A DNA stretch of 64,000 nt from Chlorokybus atmophyticus (Eukaryota; Plantae; Mesostigma and Chlorokybus algae), in assembly GCA_009103225.1 (NCBI GenBank), contig RHPI01002262.1, positions 474,317 through 538,316 on the forward strand. Reading direction: 5' to 3'. The translations under genes were made by a program, and so were the position numbers. A model generated the notes under the pieces. The model did no database searches. It was not told where the DNA came from and saw only the letters and a list, made by a program, of their open reading frames with translations. Positions 12,475-24,828 of the stretch are shown in pieces (position 1 is the stretch's first letter; every line of letters starts with the position of its first letter).

Positions 12475-15400
12475 CTAGCGTACTGCGCTGCGTTCATTGT
12501 CGACAGTCGACCCGGCTGCAGCTGCAGCTGAGCGGCCCCAAGGGTGGCTTGTCACCAGGCGGCGGCGAAGGGTTGCAGAATAGGTGTGATTTGCAGGTGC
12601 TACATATGATTCGTGCTTCCGAATGTACGTCAGCATGTAAATCAGTCCCGTAATCGAGCAGCCCAGCTGAAGTACACAACACATGAACATAGACCAGCGA
12701 CAACCGAGGCCCAAGCAATGCATACGTGCACAGGGCCACTGATGAAACAACACTTGAGATACAATGAAGAGTCATGAAGACAAGTACTGTTGCACATATT
12801 ACCAATATCTAGTATCTAAGAATGCCTAAAAGCACCCAAATAGAGTTGAGTATTCACAACATTTGGCTTCTGAAACCAGCATTGATTACCCCAAAATCAT
12901 CCCAACCTAGACCCCACGCCCCAGACCATGAAGATGAGGATCCAAAAGAACAGAAGAATCGTCCAATACCTCGTCGGCCCGTTGTGTATACGCGGCAGCA
13001 CACACTGCCAAATGGTGTACTTGATCAAGGCATAATGCAATGCGTACAGCTCTGCAATACAAAGATAGACTTACCAGCTTCAACCAAATGACTGTGACGG
13101 CGCCAAGAATAAACCCAACAATGTAATTTACCCCCGCAGTTCTCATCTGCGACAACACAAATTCCATATCAATAACCTTACACAATTGATGCCGGGTGTG
13201 TGGCTGCAGTGCAGTCAAGTTGTTACAAAAGGGTAACACGCACACGTGCATGCCTGCCTAGGAGCACACAGAAGTGCACGCATGTGCATGTGTGCTTGCT
13301 GGCACGCGCGTGTGCGTGTCCACACGCTGACACGTGTGTGCATTTGAAAACACATATTTCAGTCCATTCGCTTCATGCCAGCAAAACCAGTGGTGACGGC
13401 ATGCAAGACACGAGTGTGCATTGCTTGGTGATGCACATGTACACGCATGCTGCCAATAGCTGGCTGCACTTACCGCCTTCCCAATGCTCCCGAGGAGCTT
13501 CGCATACGTCAAGCCCAGTAGCACGGTGGCAGCGACGGCGGCAGTAATCTCAAAACACCTTTTTACTACTTGCTGCTGATACGGGCTCAGACGGGCAAAC
13601 AGCCCCATGCCAGGCATGTAAACAGCCTGCTGTACAGCAAGAGTAAGGTAAGCATGGCATGCGCAAGCGCGAGCTGGGCAAGTCTTAACCACACCCTGCT
13701 ATTGTTTATATCAGAGAGGCATGATTTGGAGAGGGTGGACATGCAGCGACCATGACTAACCATCAAAGCACAGGTACGTGAAGGGTGTTGTCAACTTTAC
13801 TACTCAACATACCGGCTAAGCACAAGCTCAAGCAATCAAGCATGAGGTGACAAAACACACCATGCTGCTTACATGGAAACATGCATGCTGGAAAGATTAA
13901 AGACCTTATAAACACCAATCAGCACCAGAGCACGGCTGCATAGAGTTCGTGTTAAGCATTTGTATACTTGTTGCCGACAAGTGCGAGCTACTAGGACAGC
14001 TCCAACTGGCAGAATGGTTCTTTTATCCAGCGCGTGCATAGAGTCAGTATCTAATCTAGGCTTCATGGTTGCAAGAATTGGCACGCAAGGCAAGACCCGA
14101 CCTTGGAACTCATGCGTGCATCAGTCATAGAGTGGACGGAACGCACACCATACAGAAAAAAGCCATAATTATCTCTGCTTACCCGTCTTCGCGGCGCGCT
14201 GACAAGGATCCAGAACGGCTCGTTGTCCCGGTTGCTATTGCCGTCAAGCACCGCACTCGGGGTGGGTAAGAAATTCAAGAGGTCATCGCTGCGCACATTC
14301 TTCGCAGTCTCCCCGCAGATCTCGCAGTCGGCGCTCCCGCGTGGTGCGAACCAACGCAATGCACAGGCGTAGTGAGCCAACCCAAGATCGCCGCGACAAC
14401 TGCAACTGCAAGAGTGAACAACTAAGTAACGCTCGCAAGCTCATACCAGTCAAGCATGTCACTCGACGTGCATGCATAGCTTACACGTGAGTGGGACTGC
14501 AATGTTGGGTTGTAAAAGCAAACACATGGACTCGAGGGCTTACTTGAGGAATATCATGCATTTTCCGCGGTCGTAATAAGATTTCCCGCACACGGGCTGC
14601 GGTCCACAAGCAGCATAATGCTCAAGATCCACCCCGCTACCCTGAGAGGCTGCTTCAGATTAGCTTGTTTACAAGCAATGGCTGAGCAATGTTTTGATAC
14701 ATTCCGTTCAGCTACACAATTTGTTTGGAGGATGGGTAGAAGAGGTGCATTTCTTGGTGATATAGACACACATTCGAACCTGATGTGTACACTCAATTAC
14801 CGCAGTATACATGTTCATACTTGCATGTAGTGCAGAGCTGTATGCAACACACATAGGCACATGTGCAGGTAACCAAGGCTGCAGTGCATGCATGCATGAC
14901 TAACATGGGGGCAGTAGGGGTAAAGTTGGGGGTAGAGGGTAGGTAGTACGCAAGCGCGTGGCTAAGCAAGGTGGTCGCGTGTGTAACATGGAGGTGAGTG
15001 TTGGTGCAGTATGAGGTTTGGTGCATGGGTGTTCACACTATGTATGCGCACAATATTCTTTGCATCTTTTGTACACATGTCTAGCGCAAGCAATTCCATG
15101 ATGAAAGCAACAGCAATTCATGGTCGACAACAATATGTTACACATGGCGACGTAGCCATCATGGCATTGACAACATGACCATGCGACAAACCTGCAGTGC
15201 AGAAAGTGCTCGGGGAGGCAGCGCGGAAGCGATGTCAAGCTCTGCGCTCTGGCAAACTCGACACGATGGTCCTGCCGCTTCATCCTGCTCAGTCAATAGC
15301 AAACACAATGCGTCAACGAGGGAAGGTAACCTTGTTGTCTCATGTCCGATGACAGAAATGAGGCATGGCATTCTGTTTAAAAAGAACAAGAGCATGTTGC

Positions 15401-16163
15401 AACAGTGACAGCAATAGAACACGAGTGCTTGTTTATTGCAAGACTTTCAGCAAGAAGAAAGAAGAAGCAGAAGGCATAAACTAGAGCTAACTATCTTGCT
15501 AGCCCATAGGGGACTGCTCAATACGCTTCAGAGAGGGGTACTGGCACACTACATACTGCCATCGACACGCAGCATTCGCAGTCATGATATATACACTGCA
15601 CGTATTACACTACATGTGCTAATGACATTATCGCACATGTAACGAAAACAGCCAATACTGCACATGCAATAACTTGAAATGAGCGTGACAAGTGGTTGCT
15701 GCTGTTTCGTGAATTAGTGGTTCCACTGACTTGAAGTTTAGACACAATGAGGTTGACCTCAATCAAAGTGCAAGCGTAAAGCTTCAACCAATCGACCGCA
15801 GCACGGGAGCAGCGGTGTTTGAAAACATACAATACTCTAATTAAAATTAAATCTCAATCTCTCCTGAACCCTAATGCAAAAGGGCAATCAATTTTCCGCA
15901 CGGCGCTTTCAACACCACAAACTCACCCCTGTGGTCCCCCGCTGAAACCCGTCAATGACAGCAGCGGCGGCGGCAGGGTTGGGCAAGGACGCTGCTGGAT
16001 TGGAGGCAGCATGACGCCCCGAGGCGGAGGACGATGAGGAGGACGATGAGGGCGAGGAGGGGGAGCCGATTGGGGAGGAGGACGTGGGCAGCACAGGCGG
16101 CGAGCGCAGGCCGTTGTCGCTGTCGCCGGCGGCAACGTCCGTGGCGCCAGGCAATTGCGGCAT
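12475..16163 (-). CDS. RING-CH (C4HC3, MARCH-type) membrane E3 ubiquitin ligase with two C-terminal TM helices
   Basis: From ATG 16163 (MPQLPG, Ser/Pro-rich) the exons give PSCRVCQ...FLNCSCRGDLGLAHYACALRWFAPRGSADCEICG, i.e. C-x2-C..C-x-C-x7-H-x2-C-x12-C-x2-C. Hydrophobic segments ITAAVAATVLLGLTYA and VNYIVGFILGAVTVIW follow; the last exon ends ERSAVR* at 12475. Confidence 0.85.
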
Positions 16164-16570
16164 GGTGGCAACGGGATGTAAAAGGGGGTTAGCTGCTGAC
16201 CCATGGAACGCACGCCATGACGGAGGCCAGCGCCAGCGCCAACCCCCCCGCTGCCGCCGCCGAACCTGAGGACACTGTACCAGTTGGTGCACGTGTCGAC
16301 ATGCTCGCAGTACAGTCGCTGCACCGCATCCTGTGCGCACAGTACAGCGATAGTTCTGCGAGCGTGTCGACACGCGCAACTGGCACATGACACTCATGGC
16401 ACACATGTAGCATGCGTGACGCATCTTGCATTACGCATGTGACACGAGTCGTGTCGGACGATCTGCGACCCTCTCCGGTTACAGGCCTCGGATCGTTATG
16501 CACAGGGCGACAGCCTCGATTTGCGGATGGTGTTGCCAGAACCAGCAGGAGTGCATGGATCGTACACGTA

Positions 16571-17207
16571 CCGTATTTACCCCCGTTTCAACACAGTAAT
16601 TCAATCCACCCCTCGATTGCTGCGGGGACTGTATTCGGGGGGGTGTCGGTGCTGGGCTGCGTCGTCAGGCATCGGAAAAGGTGCTGAGTGACGTTTGATG
16701 TCGATAGCACAGGTTACCGTCGACAAGAAACCAACTGTCAACGATACCTGCACGCGACCAATCTCGCCCCGACACCTGTCGACAACGCGTTTACTTCGCT
16801 GTATCACACGCAATTCTCAGGCAGCAAGGAAAGCTGCCTTGGCGTTCCAATTGGGGGACTGTGTTGCAAGTTGGGGACAGGATGTAGCGTACGCGCTAAG
16901 AATACGCGCTACACCGAGCAAAGGTAGTGTATCGCAGCCGTTATTGGCGTATACAAGCAATTGTTGACAATCATTATAAGTGTATTGTATATGGATTTAC
17001 CGTACAGGCCGCAACTTAGCCAGCCGTACGCGTCTGATGTGCACATCGGCGCCAATCATGCGCGCTCCAGGGCGCGGCCCACAGGGGGGGGACTCTAAAC
17101 AGAGGGGGGGATGGTAAGGTGATAACAAGGTCCCTCCCTCGATATCTGCAGAGGGGGACTGTATTCGGGGGAGGGGGGGGATTGTACATTTAATGGAGTA
17201 ATTACGG
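16571..17207. mobile_element. Probable non-autonomous Tc1/mariner-pogo (Tc2-like) element or MITE relic
   Basis: TA dinucleotides flank it at 16569-16570 and 17208-17209. Imperfect TIRs: CCGTATTTACCCC versus the reverse complement of the right end, CCGTAATTACTCC (11/13). An internal diverged direct repeat CCCTCGAT..CTGC..GGGGACTGTATTCGGGGG lies near 16610-16642 and 17136-17172. No transposase ORF. Confidence 0.45.
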
Positions 17208-17227
17208 TAGTGAGGCAGCACACGGTC

Positions 17228-17282
17228 ATACAAGGTTAAGTGCGCTGTTCTATAACCTAGAACAGCGCACTTAACCTTGTAT
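17228..17282. repeat. Perfect inverted repeat, 25-bp arms with 5-nt loop
   Basis: ATACAAGGTTAAGTGCGCTGTTCTA (17228-17252) - TAACC - TAGAACAGCGCACTTAACCTTGTAT (17258-17282). Confidence 0.95.
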
Positions 17283-18732
17283 ACGACATAACAAAGGCTT
17301 ACATGAACCGCACATGTGCTCTCGGTTGACATGTTGGTGTACACAAAAATCACATGTTCAAAACTCAAACAGCTCACTACAATATATTTGCCATGTTAGC
17401 AATTGATGGTGTCCAAGCAACTGGCAGTAATAGATTCATATGTCATGTATTGGTTAACATGAGACTGTGAACAAAGCATTCAACAATAATCACGAATGTA
17501 ACCATAGCATTAGAGTTGTGATTCATGGTAGCAAGCAAACGTTTCTACCTTTCAGGCGGCAATTTCGCTTCACTTGGCATGTGCTCGCAAGTAAGCATGC
17601 ATAGCTGAAATATCACTCTTTTTCTTGCAGTAAAACGCAGCACACCGAACCCGTGTTTTAAGCTTTGCTTATGCGCCGTGCACTACACCCACAGTCGGAC
17701 TTACATGATCAGTGCAAGTACGGTGTAGTGGTGAGCCAGCTCATACGTTTCATGCATTTATGTTCATTCAAGATATATTGCAAGCATGCAATGGTGAATT
17801 TGTTTATGAATATAACATATGGGTTATTTCACGCGGAGGTGATTGGTCAAACAGCTGCGTTCCAAGATATTCACAATACATGGAGTGGCGTATGATACAA
17901 CACCACGCAGGTTGTATCATAGTATAGCACGTTCATTAGCTCATGAATTATGGGAAGCACATTAAGGTGCCCGTTTTTGGGTGTATTAACACCACCTATT
18001 GTGGAATGCTACCAGCAACTTGCTCTGTTGCTATTGCTAACCGTGGGCTACACGCATAAACGTTTGCAACCGGTTTTTTACGGTAGGTCGCAGGCATTTC
18101 GCAACCGGTCGTGACACTCTACCAGTTGGTAGCGCCACTCTGAGCAGTTGCCCACAAGGCAATTTGCTCAGTGTCCTTTGTTCAGGTGCGCGGGGGTTTG
18201 GCTGTTGCTGTGGGTGATGGGCTGCACACACCACAAGCGCCCATTGATGGTGATACCTTGATTGCTGTTGTCTAGGGGCTTGAGCCAGTCCGTTTGTAAA
18301 CTATTGCTTGTATGTTTGCAGCTGCAATGCGTGCAATTGATTGCTTGTGACCATGATACGCAGTGCGCAATTCGCGCACAGTCAGTCGCAAGCTTTCTAA
18401 TATTATATGCACACAGTAACTGATGACAAGATGTAATTTGTGGACAACGCAGAACTTTCATACACAATTAATGCCATATAGTACAGAGTAGTGTAGTGTG
18501 GTAGGTAAACAAGCAGCAAGTATAGCCCGGTGGTGGTGTATGTGAGCATGTTTGCATGCTGTTTGGTATGCTACTGTATGACGTCATGGATGTCGCTAAC
18601 TGTCTCGGGCATAGCCTATCCAACACACCGCTATACAATAACTACAAGCGTTTGAAGATCAGTCCACACACCTATACAAAAGCTTCATGCAAGTTCAGTC
18701 TGTACACTACAACGATGTTCAACAACACGTCA

Positions 18733-21234
18733 TCACCGCAACGTCCTCACGGCACTTGTGGCCAGACACTTGTCAATGCTTGCTGGTTCTACGGCTGCCA
18801 TGGGGCCATGGCTAAGGGGAAGGGCAGGTTGTTGATGTTCATCAACATGAAGCGCTTTGGCATTTGCATCTAACGACGCTTTGTCTTCCGGATTCGGGAT
18901 TTGTACTGCTGATGTGCTGCTGCCTGACCACCTGGCAACGGGCCACGAAGGCAACCAGGAAGTTGCCACAGCGCTCGTGACTTGCGCAAAGGCCTGCAAG
19001 CCAAAGAGAATGTGTGTCATAGCTATGTGTCGAGCTATGCCATATGCAGAATTAGGTGCATACATAAGCGTAGTAAAATTGTATCTCTGTGAGTGTTGGT
19101 GGGTGGTTGAATGCGTGACAATTAAGCTGGTTTATGATATGCAGGTATTTGTAGGTAAGTTGTTTATCTTGATTGTGTCTTAAACTTACTTGTGTGTTCT
19201 GTACAAGTGTGCTGGCACCAGCTGCTACAGCAGCTCCAACAGCAGCTCCTCCTTTCGCACCTTGTGAGGTAATTAGAATCAGCCGCGATGCGACAACACC
19301 ACATGCAAACCCTAGAATGTGACATGAACGCAACTATGGTTTGCACTGACCAGCTGCTAAGCCGAGCGGGCCAGCGATAACGCTGCCGGCAGCAGCGCCG
19401 ATAACGGAGCAGCCGGCTACAGTTAGAGCAGAAGGCATGTGCGTGGGAACGATATCCATCGGCCAAATTGTGGCAGCCCAACTTGATGTGCTTGCCTGAT
19501 CCGACGCGCTAGCTGTTGTTCCCTCTCCGCAGGACTTCTGCTCAGTGCTGTGTTCAAAAACAGCAGCAGCAGGACAAGAGCTTTCTGTTGGGTTGTTGCT
19601 ATTAACATTCTGTACAACGGTGCCGTCGACGGGCGGCGTGCACACTGCCGGCTCGATTGTGGTGTTTACAGTTGTGGTATGTACAAAGGCTTGGATCGTG
19701 CTTTCGGCAATGTCAGATGGGTGCTCGAACCAACGGGGTGAGAGCGGCCGCTGAGGGATGATGTCGGGGGACGGCTGTGTCAACAACACCTGCTGCATGT
19801 CGTCAAGATCCGTGCTGAGTGCGCTCTCAAGCTTGCTGCTTTCACTTGACTTGGCTGCCTGAAACCATGGCACCATGGCGCTCCAGCTGCTGGCACCTAT
19901 TATGGAACTGAGTGGGTGCATTTCGTGCACATACAACAACAGATAAACTGCACACCCGTTCCGCCATTCAAGGCCAAGTCCATGCGATGCAAGTGTGCAT
20001 GTGTGGCAATATAGCGCAAGGTGCACAAGCCGGGCCCTTTGCGCTATACGCGCAGGGGACATACAGAGCACCCCGACTGATAGCAAAATCTTGCACAATC
20101 AACCTGTACTCACAAGGCATGCACTGCATGACATAAACACCGTACCGTCTGCAGTTTCAGACGGCTGGTCCGCTGCTGGCACCAGTGCTGCGGTTTTCTT
20201 CGGATTGGACCAAGCCAACCACTGCAGGAAGTCTGTTTGAGTTGGGTTTGGAGCTATTGCCTTCAGGTCTTGAACCTCAGTCCCAGTCTGCCCTTCCGTC
20301 TTTAATGTTGACCCGCTCATCCACGGGAGCCATCCGGAGTAATATGCAGGAGCCTCGTGCGGTTGTTGCTCAGCAGCTTGGTTGAGAGGGGGAGTCCGAG
20401 CATCGGTCTGCGAGTGCCCTTTCCACCTCAACCAGCTGATGTAGTCTAGCAGACTCTGCTGGTCAGCACTGTCGGGTTGTGGTGTCTGCTGGAGCTGCTG
20501 TGTTTGCTGTTGTTCTTCACTTAAATGTGGCAAGTCGTTGCTGTTGTTAGCTGAATGGGCCCTCCTCCATGTTAGCCACTCAAGCCAGCTGGCTGCGTGC
20601 GCTTCCGTTGATTTGGATAAAGGGACAGCTTCTTCCTTCTCCTTCAGTGCACTGGAACACACCACTGCTCCTGACTGCTGCGCAGGCTGTGCAACGCCAG
20701 GTTGGTTCCCGTCCCTTTGCCCATCAACAACACCAGCAGGGGTATGAGCCTTCTGCCAGCTTAACCACTGCAGCCAGCGGGCCTTTGCAGCAGCTGCAAT
20801 CGGATCATCTGGCTGCAGCTGCTGCAAGCTGCATTCTTCAGGTTTAGCCTGCACTAACTTCTGTTAGAGTGACTGCTGCTGTAGCGAACCGCAACATGGA
20901 TAACCACATCCAGCAGCAAGTACCAACATCAATCAATTATCAACAAGAAGCTTCTAGGTGCAACCGTAAGCTAATTCTCTACCGTACTGTAATATGTGCA
21001 AACTTCACGAGTCTACGTAAGCCGCAATGGCAGTTGAGGAGCCAGTCGGGGGACAAGGCTTAAAAGAGCAAAGCACCTCCTCCAACAACAATTGCCAGCT
21101 TTAGCCTTGATACAGCTCACAGGCATAGCGACGCTATGACAGCGTAGTCCTCTCACCTGCTGCTGCTGTCCAGCGGCAAGTGCGTCCTGAGCCGGCTGCG
21201 ATAAACCTAGATTCAGGTATCCGCCAGCGCTCAT
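18733..21234 (-). CDS. Uncharacterised ~552-aa protein with repeated Trp-rich WLxWLxW motifs and a C-terminal glycine-zipper membrane hairpin, 5 exons
   Basis: Exons 21234-21157, 20848-20146, 19896-19351, 19260-19190 and 18993-18733 total 1659 nt and join in frame with GT-AG introns. The glycine zipper AGCSVIGAAAGSVIAGPLGLAAG|AKGGAAVGAAVAAGASTLV continues across an intron. Confidence 0.8.
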
Positions 21235-21886
21235 TGCAGCTGCATAGCTCTTGCTACATGCTGGATGACGCGAGAGCCACCAACACCGCCGCCGCCGCCG
21301 CCGCCGCCGCCGCTGATGACCGTGACCTGCCCCAGCGCCACACCGGCCAGCCCGAATAAGATTTATTTGTCATGAATTTATCCACACCCTATAATCTTGT
21401 AGCGAGCGGCCAACACTGTGCGTAAAGCCGGGGTGTTAGTCGCCATCAGCATGCGTGCTAATCCTATTCTATTATTCTAGCATGTGCTGCCTGTGACTTC
21501 ATGGCTTTGTGAAGTCTGTTTCTTGGCTTGAGCACAGTGGTGCGATTCAGCGCATCAGGGCACAACTCATAACTCATGACATGATTCACATAGAGGACAC
21601 TGCGTGAGCCACTACAAGTAGTGTCAGCCACTTCATGCACACTGCTTCATTTCATTTCATTTCATTTCATTCGTGTGCGGTCACATTCATGGTTGAACAC
21701 ATAAACGTGTTTGTGTTCACTGTTGAATTTCTGCTATTTGTGCATAAAATATGCACATGTAGCAGCTACACCATACAACACAACAGCGCATGGTCACAAC
21801 TAGCACTTGGTATACGTTACCGCACTACTGTTATGCAACATACTTATGTTATTAATGCCACATCCAACTACAGTGCTGTGTACGTG

Positions 21887-24828
21887 TTATTTTGGTAATC
21901 GCAGTCGATCACCAGGGTATATCAAGTCGGGGTTCCTGACAACATCAGAGTTCAGCACGGCAAGCGGCTTCCAATGCCGAGTACGACACCTTTCTTCAGA
22001 AATCCAGGTCAGACAGTCTCCGCGTTTGACAACATACCTGCGGTGCACAACAACCACATTACTGTGATGTTTACATTGGTTGTTATGGAGCATCACCGCA
22101 CCTCACACTGTCTTAGCACGAAAGCACGAACGTGCACTCAGACACATGCACACACAGCCAGACACACAGAGCGGCACACATGCGCTAGCATGCACGCACA
22201 TATGCACTTACTCTCTAGCTCTGAATGCGCTGACGCCAAAAGATATTGTTGCAATTACTGCAGTGGCGAACCCGCCAAAGAAAAACCCTGTGCGTTTTCG
22301 CTTTACGACAGGCGCCGCGTCCTCTTCGGGTGTCGCTGGTACTTCCACAGCCTCAATTGTCCCGCTCAAAGGCAACGCTACTTCCTTGATGGCAAGTGGA
22401 GGGGTACTTGCAGCTTTATATGGTTGTTCCTGGTACAAACGCAAAGTCAACTTGTTCACATGCTGTCATACATGGACTTGAACGGCATGCAGCAAACCAT
22501 CAATCGGTATGTGGTGCCAATGCACAAACAATGTCTTGTAGTGGAGCTTGAAGCACAGGGGAAGTGCCTTAAACAATGCACATTGCATGCAGATTGTTGT
22601 GGGTGCCAGGCTTACCTCTGGCAATGCTGTTTGGGTCCTTGACAATAGTTCCTGTACTGCAAGTCCTGTTGAAGCTGCCTGGTGTACATCTCTGTTATAA
22701 CTCGCATCCTCATTCCCAATAGACACAGCGGGTGCCTCTTCTTGTTCATGTCCCGAACTTGATGGCGCGAATGTTGGCTCATCAACAGGCAACAGACTGG
22801 CACTGTCAGGCAAGGGAGCCTCCTCAGGCTCAATCACCTCTTCTAATGGTGCTGCCACTGCTTGTATTGTTGTGGAAGTTTCAGGAGGTGGAATGGTCAC
22901 AGCGTGCAATGGAACATCCTCCGGCTCCTCCGGAGACGTATTACCCGCTGATTGTGTTATTGTGCTTTCGTGAGCTGGTATTGTCACAGCGGGCAATGCA
23001 ATCTCCTCCAGCTGAGACATATCAGCCACTGGTTGTGTTATTGCGGTTTTGTGAAGTGGTATTGTCACAGGGGCCAACAGGACATCCTGCAGCTGGGACG
23101 TTTCAGGAGGTGTTGCCTTTGACTCTGATGATGGCAACAGGCTAGAAGGCTCTGGTGTCTCAGGTGGAGGCGCTGCTGGTTCCTGGGGTGGCTCGGTTGA
23201 GGTTGCTTCTTGCCCATTTGCGTGTGAAGCTTCTGTTGTAGACTGCGCAACCACATGCGCTGGCTGGACGCCTTTGACTGGACTCCGCTCCACTGGCGTG
23301 ACAGATACACTGTCTTCAGGCTGCCAAACACACCTTGCTTTCAACAATGTGCACACGCACGCATGTACATCAATGTTCGTGCAAGACAAAATGTCAGCAG
23401 GGTGGAAGCCGTGAGTAAGGCTTGCAAATCCAAGTCCTTACCTTGCGTGCTGGCATGCGCCATACTCGGCCACTGACTTCATCAAAGTCCAATACCTAGC
23501 AGTTAACAATAAGCTGTCACAGGTATGCTCAGCTGTAACAAGTTCGTGTAGAGCCAGCTACTACTACTATGCAGCCACTACCACCATGTTTAAGCCAAGG
23601 CGCAACCTTCAAGCGTTCAGTACACCATCATAATCATGACCTATGGGTTAAAAAGGTACACAAGAAGGTTACTGCTATAGCTGATGTACTTACGTCCAGT
23701 CCTTGTTCAAGTGCATTCTTTGCCAATAAGCGAATGCAGGTACAGACGCGGCGTGTATTGCGCTTGTCAACAATGTCTGCAGACGAGCACAGCTCCACAT
23801 CATTTACACCAAACTCTTGGCAAACCTAAAATACAAGAATAGTTGCTGGTGAGACACATCCCAATGCAGCTCACAGCATGAAGATATACGTGCCATCTCC
23901 TCACAATGGTGAAGTCGCTGGCTCGCGCGTAGTTCATGAAGCCTCCCGGCGCATTCTTCTCACGCTTGCCAAAAGCTGCAGACTTGATAATGTTGGGTTG
24001 AGTTCGCATGCGCTTCAGGCCCTTTGCCACCTGCTGCCTGCAACGAGAGCATCGCTATCAGGCAATGTCTGTTGCCTACGCTGTAGAACACCAGAGCACA
24101 CGAACAACAAGCATTGCAGGCAGAAATTTGTGAGAAGTCAAGACTGCCATGCATGCGATTGCTTTGACATGCGTGTGTACAAGCATTGAGCCAACTCTGC
24201 CAGCGATGTCAGTGTGTAAACCTTGCGCTAGCAAACAAGCTGCCTGGTGTGCAAGAGAACGAGTAAGTAAGTGACTTACAGTATGGTCCCGTCCTGTATG
24301 AGGGTCGCGAAGTCGTCGGTGCTGCCAAAATCCTGGTTCAAAGTGGCTTCCAGCCACCATCTTGACCGCCTCTGCAAAGCGTTGTGTGCGTCAGCACCCA
24401 GGAGCACTGCGTATGCAGGCAGTGGCCTGGACCTGACACTGCATAAAGATTCTTGCAACGAAACGCAGCAGCTTGCATGTCTACCATGCAAGCTCCTGCA
24501 TTCCGGTTCTTCAACACTAATTCGTGTGGACACATTCATGCACACTGCCCACCCATAATTTCTAACCAATGTGCGTTGCGTTAGTAGTTTATTCGCAGCC
24601 TTAGCCAAGCCAAACAGCCAAGATACCAGCTAGACTAGAAGGACATAAACACAGCAGACCGGCATGGACGCAACAAGCTTTGTCGTGCAAGTGAGCAGCA
24701 ACGATGTGGCTCAGGAAATGTTACATTTGTGTCACGTCGAGAACTAAGCTCACCAGCAGAAACTCGACGTCTTCAGCGGTCATCGCTTCCCGCCGCCCAT
24801 CCACACCGCCGCTCTTCCTGGCAGCCAT
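21887..24828 (-). CDS. ~519-aa protein: N-terminal calponin-homology (CH) domain, Pro/Thr/Glu-rich linker, single TM helix, C-terminal LysM domain; 8 exons
   Basis: Exons 24828-24754, 24371-24280, 24037-23905, 23825-23694, 23495-23442, 23320-22616, 22429-22212 and 22037-21887 total 1560 nt; all introns are GT-AG and phase-compatible. CH-like: RWWLEATLNQDFGSTDDFATLIQDGTIL...SDFTIVCQEFGVNDVELCSSADIVDKRNTRRVCTCIRLL. TM: KRKR-TGFFFGGFATAVIATISFGVSAF. LysM: YVVKRGDCLTWIS...LAVLNSDVVRNPDLIYPGDRLRLPK*. Confidence 0.85.

Noticed and set aside
18857-19183. GHEGNQEVATAL, resembling the RNase H GHxGNExAD motif
   Set aside because: It lies antisense to the last exon of the well-supported Trp-repeat gene and lacks the other RNase H acidic residues.
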